From the NCBI GenBank assembly GCA_016933575.1, contig JAFGAR010000064.1, forward strand, positions 64,001 through 128,000: 64,000 nucleotides of DNA. The letters are read 5' to 3'. The notes beneath the pieces were generated by a model. The model ran no database searches. It was not told where the DNA came from and saw nothing but the letters and a program-made list of their open reading frames with translations. The position numbers and the translations under genes were made by a program. This DNA is from Candidatus Thorarchaeota archaeon (GTDB lineage Archaea > Asgardarchaeota > Thorarchaeia > Thorarchaeales > Thorarchaeaceae). Position 1 is the stretch's first letter. Each line of letters begins with the position of its first letter. Positions 37,773 to 47,927 of the stretch are shown here, one piece after another.

Positions 37773-38051
37773 ATGTCACATGACGCAAAACCTTGGTATA
37801 AGAATATCTGGCTACAAAGAATCTTCTATATTACATGTGCTATATTATCCTTGCCAGCGATGAGCTTTGCTATTCAATTAACATCCGATGCCACCGGTTT
37901 ATCGAACTTTAATTATGGTGTTTTCATCTTAAATGAGGTAACAGGTCCAATTGTCATGCTCAATTTTATTTTCATTCTCTTCTTCATTGGTCTGTGTATG
38001 GTATTCATCTTCAAGGCATTCAGTATACAAGAAGACTTGCCTATCGATTGA
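37773..38051 (+). CDS. Small 2-TM membrane protein, stand-alone 'LNEVTGP' module
   Basis: Clear paralogy with two other ORFs in the window. Confidence 0.85.
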   Translation: MSHDAKPWYKNIWLQRIFYITCAILSLPAMSFAIQLTSDATGLSNFNYGVFILNEVTGPIVMLNFIFILFFIGLCMVFIFKAFSIQEDLPID

Positions 38052-38114
38052 AAAATACTCAATCTTCAAGAACAGGAATTATCATCTCTCTAACTGATAC
38101 AGAGAGCGATTTCT

Positions 38115-38147
38115 AAAAAAAGCTGGGTAGCTCGAAAAGGAGCTACC
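38115..38147 (-). terminator. Hairpin + U-tract terminator of the minus-strand carbamoyltransferase
   Basis: GGTAGCTC-GAAAAG-GAGCTACC overlapping the stop codon; A7 tract (T7 on minus strand). Confidence 0.65.
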
Positions 38148-39189
38148 TCATTGTTAGAGCCATTACTGCTTTTTGAGCATGTAATCGATTTTCAGCTTGA
38201 TCAAAAGCAATGGATTGTGGTCCGTCAATGACTGAGTTTGATACTTCGAATCCGCGGTCGCATGGGAGACAGTGCATATAGGCTGCCTTCGGTCCTGCAA
38301 TCTTCATCATATCATCATCACAGATCCAGTGTTTGTTCTTATCAAACACAACCTGTGATTTCTCTAGCTCTGGCTTACTATTGAACGGTGGAATGAACTC
38401 CTTACATGTCCAAGCCTTAGGATAGACTACATGTGCACCTTCAAAGGCTTCCTCCATGTCATTCACAATCTCGAAACTCGATTCGTTCTCTTCTGAGAAG
38501 ACTCTGCACTGATCAAGGATTTTATCATCAAGCTCCATTCCCTTTGGATGCGCAAGAACAGTTTCACAGCCCATCTTCGTAGCTGCTATTATTGCGCTCT
38601 GAGGAACAGCAAGAGGCTTGTGAACTGATGGTGAATATGCCCATGACATAACAAATTTGACACCTTTGAAAGTGCCAAACTTTTCCTTAATGGTCATGAT
38701 ATCAGCAAGTCCTTGACATGGATGGTAGATGTCATCCTCCATGTTAATTACAGGGATATGACTCCAGTGAGCAAAATTCCGTATAACCTCATTTGCTCGA
38801 CCATAGATCCATCCAACAGGATCGCCATAACATCGAATAGCAATCCCGTGTCCCATTCTAGCAAGAACTCGTGCTACATCAGACACACGTTCCGTGGAAT
38901 AGGCTTTCTCATCTCCTTCAAGTGCTGGAGCATATATCTTGCCGGGGTCAAGAAAATGTGCATGACCACCGAGCTGTGTCATTCCAGCCTCGAATGAGTT
39001 GCGAGTTCGAAGACTCTGGTTGTAGAAGATCATGAACAGCGTTTTTGCATCGAGAAGCTTATGAGGTTCACCAGTGGCAAACTTCCGTTTGAGGTCAAGT
39101 GCGACCTCAAGGAGGGTTTCGATTTCCTCCTTTGAGTAATCAAGCAGAGTTATGAAATCTCTGCCACGAAAACTTTCTGTTTTAACCAT
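38143..39189 (-). CDS. Ornithine carbamoyltransferase-superfamily transcarbamylase (YgeW/knotted-type-like)
   Basis: SLRTRNSF, HPCQGLAD, SWAYSPSVHKPLAVPQS, MHCLP, QAENRLH. Confidence 0.88.
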   Translation of the reverse strand: MVKTESFRGRDFITLLDYSKEEIETLLEVALDLKRKFATGEPHKLLDAKTLFMIFYNQSLRTRNSFEAGMTQLGGHAHFLDPGKIYAPALEGDEKAYSTERVSDVARVLARMGHGIAIRCYGDPVGWIYGRANEVIRNFAHWSHIPVINMEDDIYHPCQGLADIMTIKEKFGTFKGVKFVMSWAYSPSVHKPLAVPQSAIIAATKMGCETVLAHPKGMELDDKILDQCRVFSEENESSFEIVNDMEEAFEGAHVVYPKAWTCKEFIPPFNSKPELEKSQVVFDKNKHWICDDDMMKIAGPKAAYMHCLPCDRGFEVSNSVIDGPQSIAFDQAENRLHAQKAVMALTMR

Positions 39190-39559
39190 AGTTGGTCACG
39201 ACCTCTAATGTGAAGGTGGGCATTACAGAAAAAGGTTACTTATTGTGAATAATTAGTCGGTCCAATTCTGTGTCTCGATTTTTCATTTGAGATCAATTAC
39301 AATTGTACTCGACCAACAGGATTCATATTGAGTCTATTCCCTTCATCCACTGTCGGATTATCGAAGTGGCTTCTGATGATATCCGGGTCATATTTTGGCA
39401 TTCTCTCACCCTCAAAGTTTTCTTATGATGGATGAAGTTACACAAAAAGAGTTTGGTCAACTTTTCTTACCAAGATAGTTTTGTCATTCTGTTCCTCCTA
39501 ATGCTTAAGAGCCACGGTGTATACAGTAATGGAATACGATTAGTAGGGAAGGAGAGATC

Positions 39560-42163
39560 TTGAAGAGGAAGATCATTAACCTTGGTCTATCATGCATAGG
39601 CCCAATCGCCCTTGTTGTCTTGTTGACTATGCCAATTGGTCCTCTAGCCGGAGGTCTTGGCATACTACAGCCTTGGGGTGGAATCTTTGATGTCGGAAGA
39701 GGTATCCAACACTCAGGTGTTGAGCTAGTGTCACTTCCTGATACAATATCCGGTGCGGATGTTATCATAGATGAATGGGGTATACCTCATATCTACGGTG
39801 ATACAGTAGAGGATGCATTCCTAGCATTGGGATATATGCATGCGCGAGACCGACTTTTCCAGATTGTCATGCAGACATATTTGGCATCTGGGAGAATTTG
39901 TGAAGTAGTCGGTGGTGCAAGTTATTACGTTGACACTGACAAGTTTCACCGTTCAATAGGACTTGCGAAATCTGCCGAAAATACCTATCAGTGGTATCTA
40001 GACAATGCTGCTACAAATGAGGATGTCAACTACACGCTACGCTGCGTATATGCACATGTAGCTGGAATGAATGCTTTTATTGATTCAATGACCATGGAAA
40101 ATACGCCAATCGAGTTCAAGATTCTCGGGTTCACTCCTCAACATTTCACTCCTGTTGACTCATTCATTTGGGCCAAATACATGACCTGGGGTCTATCAGG
40201 AGGAGTTCGTGATCTGCGTAATGAATTCATTCGAAGCAGTCTTGATAATGATTCGATGTACGGTGAACTCTTTCCAGAGTTTTATCCAAACACAATTCCT
40301 GTTATTCCAGAACAATATAATCTGAGTCTATCTGACTATGTAGATGCTCCTGGAGGTTATCCTGTAATGACAGTACCACCGCCAAGTGCTCTGATTCATG
40401 ATGAACCCACTAATCTGATTTCGCTTGATCAGATTGAAGATGTTCTAGAGATGGTCTCTGACATAATCAATATCTTCGGTGATGTAGAATTTGTTGGAAG
40501 TAACAGTTGGGCTGCAAATGGAAGCAAGACTGCTACTGGTCATGCTATGTTGGCGAACGATCCCCATTTGTCTCTGCAGGCTCCATCTCTCTGGTATGAA
40601 GTTCACATTGTGGTCTTGGATGTAGATGAACCACTCAACGTACAAGGTGGAAGTCTCCCAGGTACGCCTGGTATTCTTATCGGTCATACACAACACATCA
40701 CATGGGGGATGACGAATGTCGGAGCTGATGTTCTTGATATCTTCGTAGAGGAACTAAATCCTTCAGACTCAACGCAATACCGATACAATGGAGAATGGCA
40801 AGATTTCACTATTCGAGAGGAAATCATTCATGTAAAGGGTGGAGCTGATATACCGTATGAGGTCTATTGGTCAGTTCATGGGCCCTGCATTGACTCGGTG
40901 ACTAGTACCTATGAATCTGATACAGTTGAATCCTATCCCAACCTGGCAATGAATTGGACAGGCCTCAGTATTACGCATGAAGTTTTAACATTGGGTCTCC
41001 TTAATCGCGCAAATAATCTAACTGACTACTACGATGCTATGTATTGGTGGGATTCGCCTCCACACAATTTCATCTATGCTGATGATGCTGGAAACATTGC
41101 TATTACAGTCGCAGGCAGATTCCCAATTCGGCAAGGCTATTCAGGTAATTTCCCAGTGACAGCTCTAAATGACTCAATAGGAATGATAAGCAATATCCCG
41201 TATGCCTTCAATCCTCGCTCTGTGAATCCATCGCAATGCTTCCTTCAGTCTGCAAATCAAAAATCGATTGACCCAACTTCCTATTCTTACACGATACTTG
41301 GTGCACAGAGTCCTGATTATAGAGCTGAAAGGATTCATACAGTGCTCGAGAGCGCAAGTGGTATTACGGTAGAAGATATGATGCAACTGCAGGCGGATAT
41401 TGTTGATCTCACCGCTGAGAAGATATTGCCATTCGTTATTGATGCTTGGAATGCTGATGGAGACTCAAACGCAACAATTGAAGACATCATAGATTTACTT
41501 GATGCGTGGGATTATGAGATGGATACTGATACCGCTAGTCCAACAATCTGGGTGTACCTTCTTGAAGCAGTGAGATATGAGATATTCGATGAAGTTCGTT
41601 CTGTAGGTCTCTCTGCATCTGTTGTGCAGATACCGGTTCTCGAATGGGTAATCACAGAGCCTATTCCATACTATATTGATGACCATACCACTACAGGGAC
41701 AACTGAGACCATGAATGAAATTCTAGTCAGAGCCTTACATACAGCTGTGGATGAATTGTTTACCTTAGGGGAAGATGAGAGTGATTGGATGTATGGTCTA
41801 TATCACATTATAAAAATCGATCATCTAGCAGGACTAACATACATTGGCGGTGACGCACATAGGGGTAGCGGTTACACGGTGAATGTGGGACCCGGATGGG
41901 TTGTACAGCACGGGCCTTCTAGGAGAATGGTGGTAAGTTACATTTCAACACCCGAATATTATATTGTCTATCCTGGAGGTCAGAGTCAGGTCATGTTTAG
42001 TGATCATTGGGATGATCTCTTCATCCTGTGGTACACTTTTGATGAAACTTCCCAACATTATGGATACACACTGGAATACAACTATCTTACAGCTGATGCC
42101 TTCACTGCTGCAGATGATGGTACAATGATTGAATACTCTATACTAATTCGACCAAGGAGTTGA
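39560..42163 (+). CDS. Penicillin acylase family Ntn hydrolase, membrane anchored
   Basis: DEWGIPHIY, GYMHARDRLFQ, GSNSW (Ser nucleophile), LANDPHL, WGMTN, PGGQS. Confidence 0.94.
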   Translation: MKRKIINLGLSCIGPIALVVLLTMPIGPLAGGLGILQPWGGIFDVGRGIQHSGVELVSLPDTISGADVIIDEWGIPHIYGDTVEDAFLALGYMHARDRLFQIVMQTYLASGRICEVVGGASYYVDTDKFHRSIGLAKSAENTYQWYLDNAATNEDVNYTLRCVYAHVAGMNAFIDSMTMENTPIEFKILGFTPQHFTPVDSFIWAKYMTWGLSGGVRDLRNEFIRSSLDNDSMYGELFPEFYPNTIPVIPEQYNLSLSDYVDAPGGYPVMTVPPPSALIHDEPTNLISLDQIEDVLEMVSDIINIFGDVEFVGSNSWAANGSKTATGHAMLANDPHLSLQAPSLWYEVHIVVLDVDEPLNVQGGSLPGTPGILIGHTQHITWGMTNVGADVLDIFVEELNPSDSTQYRYNGEWQDFTIREEIIHVKGGADIPYEVYWSVHGPCIDSVTSTYESDTVESYPNLAMNWTGLSITHEVLTLGLLNRANNLTDYYDAMYWWDSPPHNFIYADDAGNIAITVAGRFPIRQGYSGNFPVTALNDSIGMISNIPYAFNPRSVNPSQCFLQSANQKSIDPTSYSYTILGAQSPDYRAERIHTVLESASGITVEDMMQLQADIVDLTAEKILPFVIDAWNADGDSNATIEDIIDLLDAWDYEMDTDTASPTIWVYLLEAVRYEIFDEVRSVGLSASVVQIPVLEWVITEPIPYYIDDHTTTGTTETMNEILVRALHTAVDELFTLGEDESDWMYGLYHIIKIDHLAGLTYIGGDAHRGSGYTVNVGPGWVVQHGPSRRMVVSYISTPEYYIVYPGGQSQVMFSDHWDDLFILWYTFDETSQHYGYTLEYNYLTADAFTAADDGTMIEYSILIRPRS

Positions 42164-42167
42164 TTAA

Positions 42168-42581
42168 ATGAAAAAGATTGATGAAGTATTTCCAGATATT
42201 GGTATTGCCCCAGCTTTGATAGTCACTATTGTAATTTCAGCAGCTCTTCAGTTGAGTGGTTCCTGGACTGCAATGTTTGTCGCTGGAGTTCTTGGATCAT
42301 TATTTGTGAGACGCCACCGGAAGGCATTCTTAGTAGGTTTCTTGGGCGTTTTTATTGGGTGGTCGATTCTCTTTACATATGTGATTCTGACAGCTCAGGC
42401 TTTAGTTATTGCAGATTTTTTCCTTAGTCAACTTGGTCTTAGCGGATTAGGATGGTTGGTCATTGTCATCAGCTGCCTTATTGGTGGTCTTCTTGGAGGA
42501 TTTGGAGCACTCCTTGGAAGGTCTGTTGTAGAACTTGTGGATGGTCTTATCCCGCAAGAGCGTGAAAAGGAAGTAGAGTAG
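42168..42581 (+). CDS. Hypothetical membrane protein (Gly-rich TMs)
   Basis: Hydrophobic 137-aa ORF 4 bp downstream of the acylase. Confidence 0.75.
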   Translation: MKKIDEVFPDIGIAPALIVTIVISAALQLSGSWTAMFVAGVLGSLFVRRHRKAFLVGFLGVFIGWSILFTYVILTAQALVIADFFLSQLGLSGLGWLVIVISCLIGGLLGGFGALLGRSVVELVDGLIPQEREKEVE

Positions 42582-42602
42582 TTCAAGGAAAGCTATAGCT
42601 GT

Positions 42603-43187
42603 TCAAGCTATGGCTTTCTGTCTCCATTTTTTTAGATAGAGCGTAGATCCAATTAGAATTACTAGTATACTCAGAAATCCAATCATCAATAGTATTGGAA
42701 TATAATCATATGAGTCACTAACACTCCCTGTGAGTTTCATCATGTATATAGAATCGTTATAAAAGATTAGATACCATCTCCCCTCAGTCGGTATTCGAAA
42801 TGACCATTGCAATTCCGATACATCCAGTCTTGAATAGGCTGCAGAGAATTCTTGATCTTCCTGAAACAGAAAGTAGTTCGATTCATTCATGATGTAGAAA
42901 TGAATATCTTCCTGAGTCCAGTCATCGTATTTCTGTTCATCGCCTGGATACAGACTTCCATCACTTGATACTTGAAATTGACCTGAAACAATATCTCCCT
43001 CGTGACAATTAATAGGAATCATCTCCCATGAAAAAGCATCGATTATGAGTTCATACTCGCTCTGCAATTGATTTGTGTATGAAATGGTATGACTTGTCGA
43101 ACATCCAGTAGGAATGATTGTTAATAGTATGATTAGAATCAAACATTCATACTGCTTGATCTCTTGTCTATTGTGAAAGGTCATCAT
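42603..43187 (-). CDS. Single-pass membrane protein with GOLD/emp24-like beta-sandwich ectodomain
   Basis: Signal peptide; GDIVSGQFQV..DIHFYIMNE..FRIPTEGRWYLIFYN; C-terminal TM and short basic tail. Confidence 0.65.
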   Translation of the reverse strand: MMTFHNRQEIKQYECLILIILLTIIPTGCSTSHTISYTNQLQSEYELIIDAFSWEMIPINCHEGDIVSGQFQVSSDGSLYPGDEQKYDDWTQEDIHFYIMNESNYFLFQEDQEFSAAYSRLDVSELQWSFRIPTEGRWYLIFYNDSIYMMKLTGSVSDSYDYIPILLMIGFLSILVILIGSTLYLKKWRQKAIA

Positions 43188-43383
43188 CTATACCAACTAG
43201 GTTTCAGTTGATAGTATCACGCATCGATTAGTGTTCTATTCTTTCAATAGACAAGTCGTTAATGTATATAAGGATGGTCTAAACATTCTCAACAGGAACT
43301 GCTGAAGCTCTCTTCTGTTCATTCCATAGGGAAGGTCTTTTATCTCTCACCTTCAAAGCTATACATGCAAATCGAAATGATAG

Positions 43384-44577
43384 GTGGAAATAATGCATCG
43401 AGAGCTTGCCAAAGGCGTCTATTACATTGGTGTTGATGATCACCACACTGAGTTATTTGAGAATCTCTGGAAACTCCCTTACGGAGTATCATACAATAGC
43501 TATCTGATCGTTGATGAAAAAATAGCTCTGATTGAGACCGTCAAAAGTCCTTGGGCTGATGAATGGCTTGATAATATTCGCGAGATTGTGGATCCCTCAA
43601 AGATTGATTATATCATTCTGAATCATATGGAGCCTGATCATACAAGTGCTCTTCCAGACATTGCCAAGTTAGCTCCCAATGCAACGCTTGTATATACGCC
43701 AAGAGCCTCTGATATGAGAAAATCATTCTATGATGTTGATCTCAAAGAGAAGACAGCAGAAGATCTCGAAGAAATCTCACTCGGAACAAAGACACTCAAG
43801 TTTGTTCATGTTCCCTTTGTCCATTGGCCTGAGACCATGGCTACCTGGCTTGCTGAGGATGGAATCTTATTCAGCTGTGATGCCTTTGGGGCCTTTGGTG
43901 CTTTGAATGGCAAGCACTTTGATGATGAAGCAAATCTGGAATTAGTGGAGAAAGAGAGTCGGAGGTATGTTTCAGCTATCATCACTTCCTATTTTAAATT
44001 CGTTCAAAATGCTATCAAGAAAGTGAAGGAACTTGGAATCAACATTAAGATAATAGCTCCAAGTCATGGTATCATCTATAGAACTAATCCGATGTGGGTA
44101 GTTAACAAATATGATGAATGGAGCAGTCCTGAACTTGAAATGAATTGTACAATAGTGTATGGCACTATGTATGGATACACTCATCGTCTCGCTATGAAGC
44201 TTAAGAAGGAATTACTCGATTTAGGAGTGGATGTAACAGTTCACAATGTTTCGTATAGTGAGATGAGTAAGGTCATTACAGACACGGTTCGAACAGGAGT
44301 CATAGTGATTGGTTCACCGACTTATGATGCATTTCCATTTCCAAAGATTTGGGCTTATGTCAACGAGCTGCAGGGTAAACGATTTGCGCCTCGTCCGGTA
44401 GGTCTCTTCGGAACATTCGGATGGGGCGGCGGTGGCGTCAAGAAGCTCCAGAGGATGATTGAAGAGATGAAATGTGAAATTCTTGAACCCGTGATCCAAG
44501 TAAGAGGAATGCCCTCAGAGGAAGAGAACGAATCCATCAAGCAACTTGCAAAGGCAATTGCGCAAAAGTTACACTGA
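43384..44577 (+). CDS. fprA: Flavodiiron protein (FprA, O2/NO reductase)
   Basis: GVSYNSYLI, NHMEPDH, HWPE, FSCDAFG, APSHG, flavodoxin domain YGTMYGYT..GSPTY. Confidence 0.96.
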   Translation: MEIMHRELAKGVYYIGVDDHHTELFENLWKLPYGVSYNSYLIVDEKIALIETVKSPWADEWLDNIREIVDPSKIDYIILNHMEPDHTSALPDIAKLAPNATLVYTPRASDMRKSFYDVDLKEKTAEDLEEISLGTKTLKFVHVPFVHWPETMATWLAEDGILFSCDAFGAFGALNGKHFDDEANLELVEKESRRYVSAIITSYFKFVQNAIKKVKELGINIKIIAPSHGIIYRTNPMWVVNKYDEWSSPELEMNCTIVYGTMYGYTHRLAMKLKKELLDLGVDVTVHNVSYSEMSKVITDTVRTGVIVIGSPTYDAFPFPKIWAYVNELQGKRFAPRPVGLFGTFGWGGGGVKKLQRMIEEMKCEILEPVIQVRGMPSEEENESIKQLAKAIAQKLH

Positions 44578-44720
44578 TTTGGCTCAAAGTTGTAGGACCG
44601 GAATAGAGTTAGTCTTGTCTAAGAACACTCTTATTAATATAAAACACTCCGTCTTCACACTATCGCAATAGCGAAAACGAATGCTGGACAATCAATTCCA
44701 GCGCGAGAGAGTTGAATACG

Positions 44721-45302
44721 ATGAAACTAAAGGGAACACAGACGGAGAAGAACCTATTGACATCTTTTGCAGGTGAATCTCAGGCAAGAAATCGATATCA
44801 GAGATATGCTAAGGCTGCAAAAGCAGAAGGTTACGAGTACATCGCAAAAGTGTTCGAGGAAACTGCCAATGAGGAATTCGAGCATGCATCAAGATTCTTC
44901 AAATTCATGGATGCAGGTGAATGTACACCTGAGATTAAAGTCGAATGGAGTTTCCCAACTGGTCATATCGGAACTACTGAAGAAAATCTACGTGCAGCTG
45001 CTGCTGGCGAAAAATTCGAGTTTTCAGAAATGTATCCTGGATATGCTGACATTGCTGAAAAGGAAGGATTCAGCAAGATTGCAAATGCATGGAGAATGAT
45101 TGCACACGCAGAGACTTGGCATCATGAGAGATACTTGGAGCTTGCAGAACGAATTGCTGATGGATCCATTCTCAAGAAGAAAGAGAAGATCAAATGGCGT
45201 TGTTCTAATTGCGGGTATATTCATGAAGGTGACCATCCTCCCGAGAAATGTCCCGCATGCGATCACCCAAAGGGATACTTCTACCCTCATGTATTCCAGT
45301 AA
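44721..45302 (+). CDS. rbr: Rubrerythrin
   Basis: FAGESQARNRY, EEFEHA, GEKFE..MYP, ETWHHERY, rubredoxin CSNCGY..CPACDHP. Confidence 0.97.
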   Translation: MKLKGTQTEKNLLTSFAGESQARNRYQRYAKAAKAEGYEYIAKVFEETANEEFEHASRFFKFMDAGECTPEIKVEWSFPTGHIGTTEENLRAAAAGEKFEFSEMYPGYADIAEKEGFSKIANAWRMIAHAETWHHERYLELAERIADGSILKKKEKIKWRCSNCGYIHEGDHPPEKCPACDHPKGYFYPHVFQ

Positions 45303-45319
45303 TAATAAGATGTTATAGA

Positions 45320-45356
45320 GACCCTGTTCCTTATCGCAGGGTCATTCTTTTTCTTT
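45320..45356 (+). terminator. Hairpin + U-tract terminator after rubrerythrin
   Basis: GACCCTG-N10-CAGGGTC, then ATTCTTTTTCTTT. Confidence 0.7.
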
Positions 45357-45575
45357 ATGTCAGGAACTATTGCGTTATTTGTGGAATCCTGTTCTTTTTT
45401 TTGGAAAATCTTTGCGTACACCCATAGCCAGTTATTAAGCAGTAATTGCAATACAATTGGTTTTAGTTTATTCCATGAACTAAAGCCTTATATCCCACAC
45501 CAAAGTTTCGGCCATTTGCTGTAGCAGCAGACTGGCCAATTTTGTGGCTCGTGTACCGCGGGTGGTTGTTCCACC

Positions 45576-46601
45576 ATGAAACTGAGAGATTATATTATTC
45601 GGAGGCTCCTGTTAGCTATCCCAGTAGTAATCGGTGTCTTAGCTATAACCTTCGTTCTTTCTTATATTGTTGGTAATCCAATCACTCTTTATACCACAGA
45701 ACGAACAAGACCCGAGGCTCTAGCTGGTATCATAGCTGAACACGGGCTGGACAGACCTATCTACATCCAATTCTTCTACTATTTACGAGATTTAATACTA
45801 GGCGACTGGGGTTATTCTCGAACTGCGAGAATGGATGTGACAGAAGCAATTTCTTGGAAGCTTCCAGCAACCATTGAGCTTGCTCTTGTAGCAATGATCT
45901 TTGCTGTAATTGTTGGAATTCCTCTTGGAATTGTTTCCGCAACGAAAAAAGACAAAGCACCAGATCATATCACAAGAATAGTAGCACTAGCTGGTGTCAG
46001 TATGCCCATTTTCTGGTTCGCACTGATCCTCAAGTATCTCTTCTTTTATCAGTTCTTTACTTGGGGTCTACCCTATCTTCCAGAAGGTGGTCGGTATTCC
46101 TATGAGTACATACCATATACACCAATTACGAATTTCGTACTAGTCGATTCTATTATCACACTCAATCCTGTCTTACTCTTCGATGCAGCAATACATTTGA
46201 TATTACCGGGTTTTGCCCTAGGATATCTGACCTTGGCCATCATTACAAGAATGATGCGTTCAAGTATGCTGGAAGTGTTGAAGGAGGATTACATAACTCT
46301 GGCAAGATCCAAAGGTCTTCGTGAGCGAGTAGTTATCTATAAGCACGCACTTCGCAATGCAATGATTCCCACTGTAACAGTAATTGGTCTTGCATTCGGT
46401 GGTCTGATGACTGGAGCAGTTCTGACAGAGACTATCTTTAGCTGGCCTGGTCTTGGTAGATGGTCAACTCGTGCGATATTGACCTCAGATATACCAAGTA
46501 TCAATGCATTCACTCTACTGGTAGCATTCATCTTCGTGGGTGCCAACCTAATAGTGGACTTAATCTACGGGACATTGGATCCAAGGATTCGGTACGGATA
46601 G
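45576..46601 (+). CDS. oppB: Peptide ABC transporter permease (OppB/DppB)
   Basis: YIIRRLL, GLDRP, LPATIELA, DYITLARSKGL..HALRNA, DPRIRY. Confidence 0.95.
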   Translation: MKLRDYIIRRLLLAIPVVIGVLAITFVLSYIVGNPITLYTTERTRPEALAGIIAEHGLDRPIYIQFFYYLRDLILGDWGYSRTARMDVTEAISWKLPATIELALVAMIFAVIVGIPLGIVSATKKDKAPDHITRIVALAGVSMPIFWFALILKYLFFYQFFTWGLPYLPEGGRYSYEYIPYTPITNFVLVDSIITLNPVLLFDAAIHLILPGFALGYLTLAIITRMMRSSMLEVLKEDYITLARSKGLRERVVIYKHALRNAMIPTVTVIGLAFGGLMTGAVLTETIFSWPGLGRWSTRAILTSDIPSINAFTLLVAFIFVGANLIVDLIYGTLDPRIRYG

Positions 46602-46615
46602 GAGGCTGAAAGAAA

Positions 46616-47911
46616 ATGACACAAACAGATACATGGAGTGCCGCAATTTCTGGTTCTATTGAGCAAGAGGAAACACCACAATCAATTAACGCGCTCTGTG
46701 TTGTACAGATTATTGTTGCTCTCATCGGAATGTTAACAGGAGTTCTTGCTTTTACGAATTCCTTCATTCTATATACTGCTGAATCTATCCCATTGGTTGG
46801 AGCTCTGGGATCCATGATGGTAACAGCACTACCAATGGTCATTATAGGCTTATTACTCATCCGAATTGGTCTAGATGCGCGAAAGCTGGAAACCTATGCA
46901 TTCTCATGGATTATCTATGGCAATGCAATAATGATACTTCTAACCTTCATGGCTGGAGGAGTCTTCCTCTACTCAGGGATAGCAAATGTCGCTGTTGTGG
47001 CGATGCTCTTTATCCCTCAGGTAAAAGAGTACTGGTGGGATCTTTTCAGGGAAGATATGGGCCCTCGAGCAAAAGAGACAAGGTACATGTTTTACCTAAT
47101 CCGAAGAAGTCCTCTAGTGATTGCTGGAATTGCTATTATCGTATTCTATGTCTTTCTAGCTTTAGCAGCTCCATGGATTACTCCTTATGGTCCAACTGAA
47201 CGCAACTGGTATGAAACACTACAACCTCCCAGTGCAACACATCTTTGGGGCACTGACCAGAATGGCGGTGATGTTTTCAGTATGGTAATTTGGGCTACGC
47301 AGATAGATCTTAAGATCGCAATTTCTGTTGTTGCTGTAGCACTTATCATGGGATCATTAGTCGGTGCAGCAGCTGGTTACTTTGGAGGCGCTGTTGACGA
47401 AGTCGTAATGAGAATTACCGACGTCTTCTTTGCCTTCCCGGGTCTTATCTTGGCTATGGCAATTGTAGCTGCACTTGGTCAGAGAAACCTTGACAACATC
47501 AGTATTGCTCTGATGTTAGTGTGGTGGCCAACCTATGCTCGACTTGTAAGAGGCCAAGTCCTTATCGAACGAGAGAAGCTTTACGTCGAAGCTGCACGAT
47601 CTGTTGGAGCTTCAGATGTGAGAATTCTAATATTCCACATTCTACCTAATACAATCCAACCAGTAATTGTACAAGCAACTCTGGATATGGGTGGTGTTCT
47701 GCTAACTGCAGCTGGTCTGAGCTTCATCGGATTCGGAGCCGAAGCCGGAACCGCGGAATGGGGCTGGATGATATCTCAGGGTCAGAACCACTTCATGAAC
47801 TACTGGGTGACATTCTTCCCTGGAATGGCAATTCTCATGTGCGCACTCTCATTCAATCTTGTTGGTGATGGAGTTCGTGACATTCTAGATCCCAAGCTGC
47901 GGAGGCGCTAG
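46616..47911 (+). CDS. oppC: Peptide ABC transporter permease (OppC/DppC) with extra N-terminal ~4-TM domain
   Basis: HLWGTDQNGGD, MRITDVFFAFP, YVEAARSVGAS, LSFIGFG, GDGVRDILDPK. Confidence 0.94.
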   Translation: MTQTDTWSAAISGSIEQEETPQSINALCVVQIIVALIGMLTGVLAFTNSFILYTAESIPLVGALGSMMVTALPMVIIGLLLIRIGLDARKLETYAFSWIIYGNAIMILLTFMAGGVFLYSGIANVAVVAMLFIPQVKEYWWDLFREDMGPRAKETRYMFYLIRRSPLVIAGIAIIVFYVFLALAAPWITPYGPTERNWYETLQPPSATHLWGTDQNGGDVFSMVIWATQIDLKIAISVVAVALIMGSLVGAAAGYFGGAVDEVVMRITDVFFAFPGLILAMAIVAALGQRNLDNISIALMLVWWPTYARLVRGQVLIEREKLYVEAARSVGASDVRILIFHILPNTIQPVIVQATLDMGGVLLTAAGLSFIGFGAEAGTAEWGWMISQGQNHFMNYWVTFFPGMAILMCALSFNLVGDGVRDILDPKLRRR

Positions 47912-47927
47912 ATTAGGAGTTGATATC

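Noticed and set aside
42603-42640. KKxx ER-retrieval signal
   Set aside because: The tail ends QKAIA, with no Lys at the -3 position
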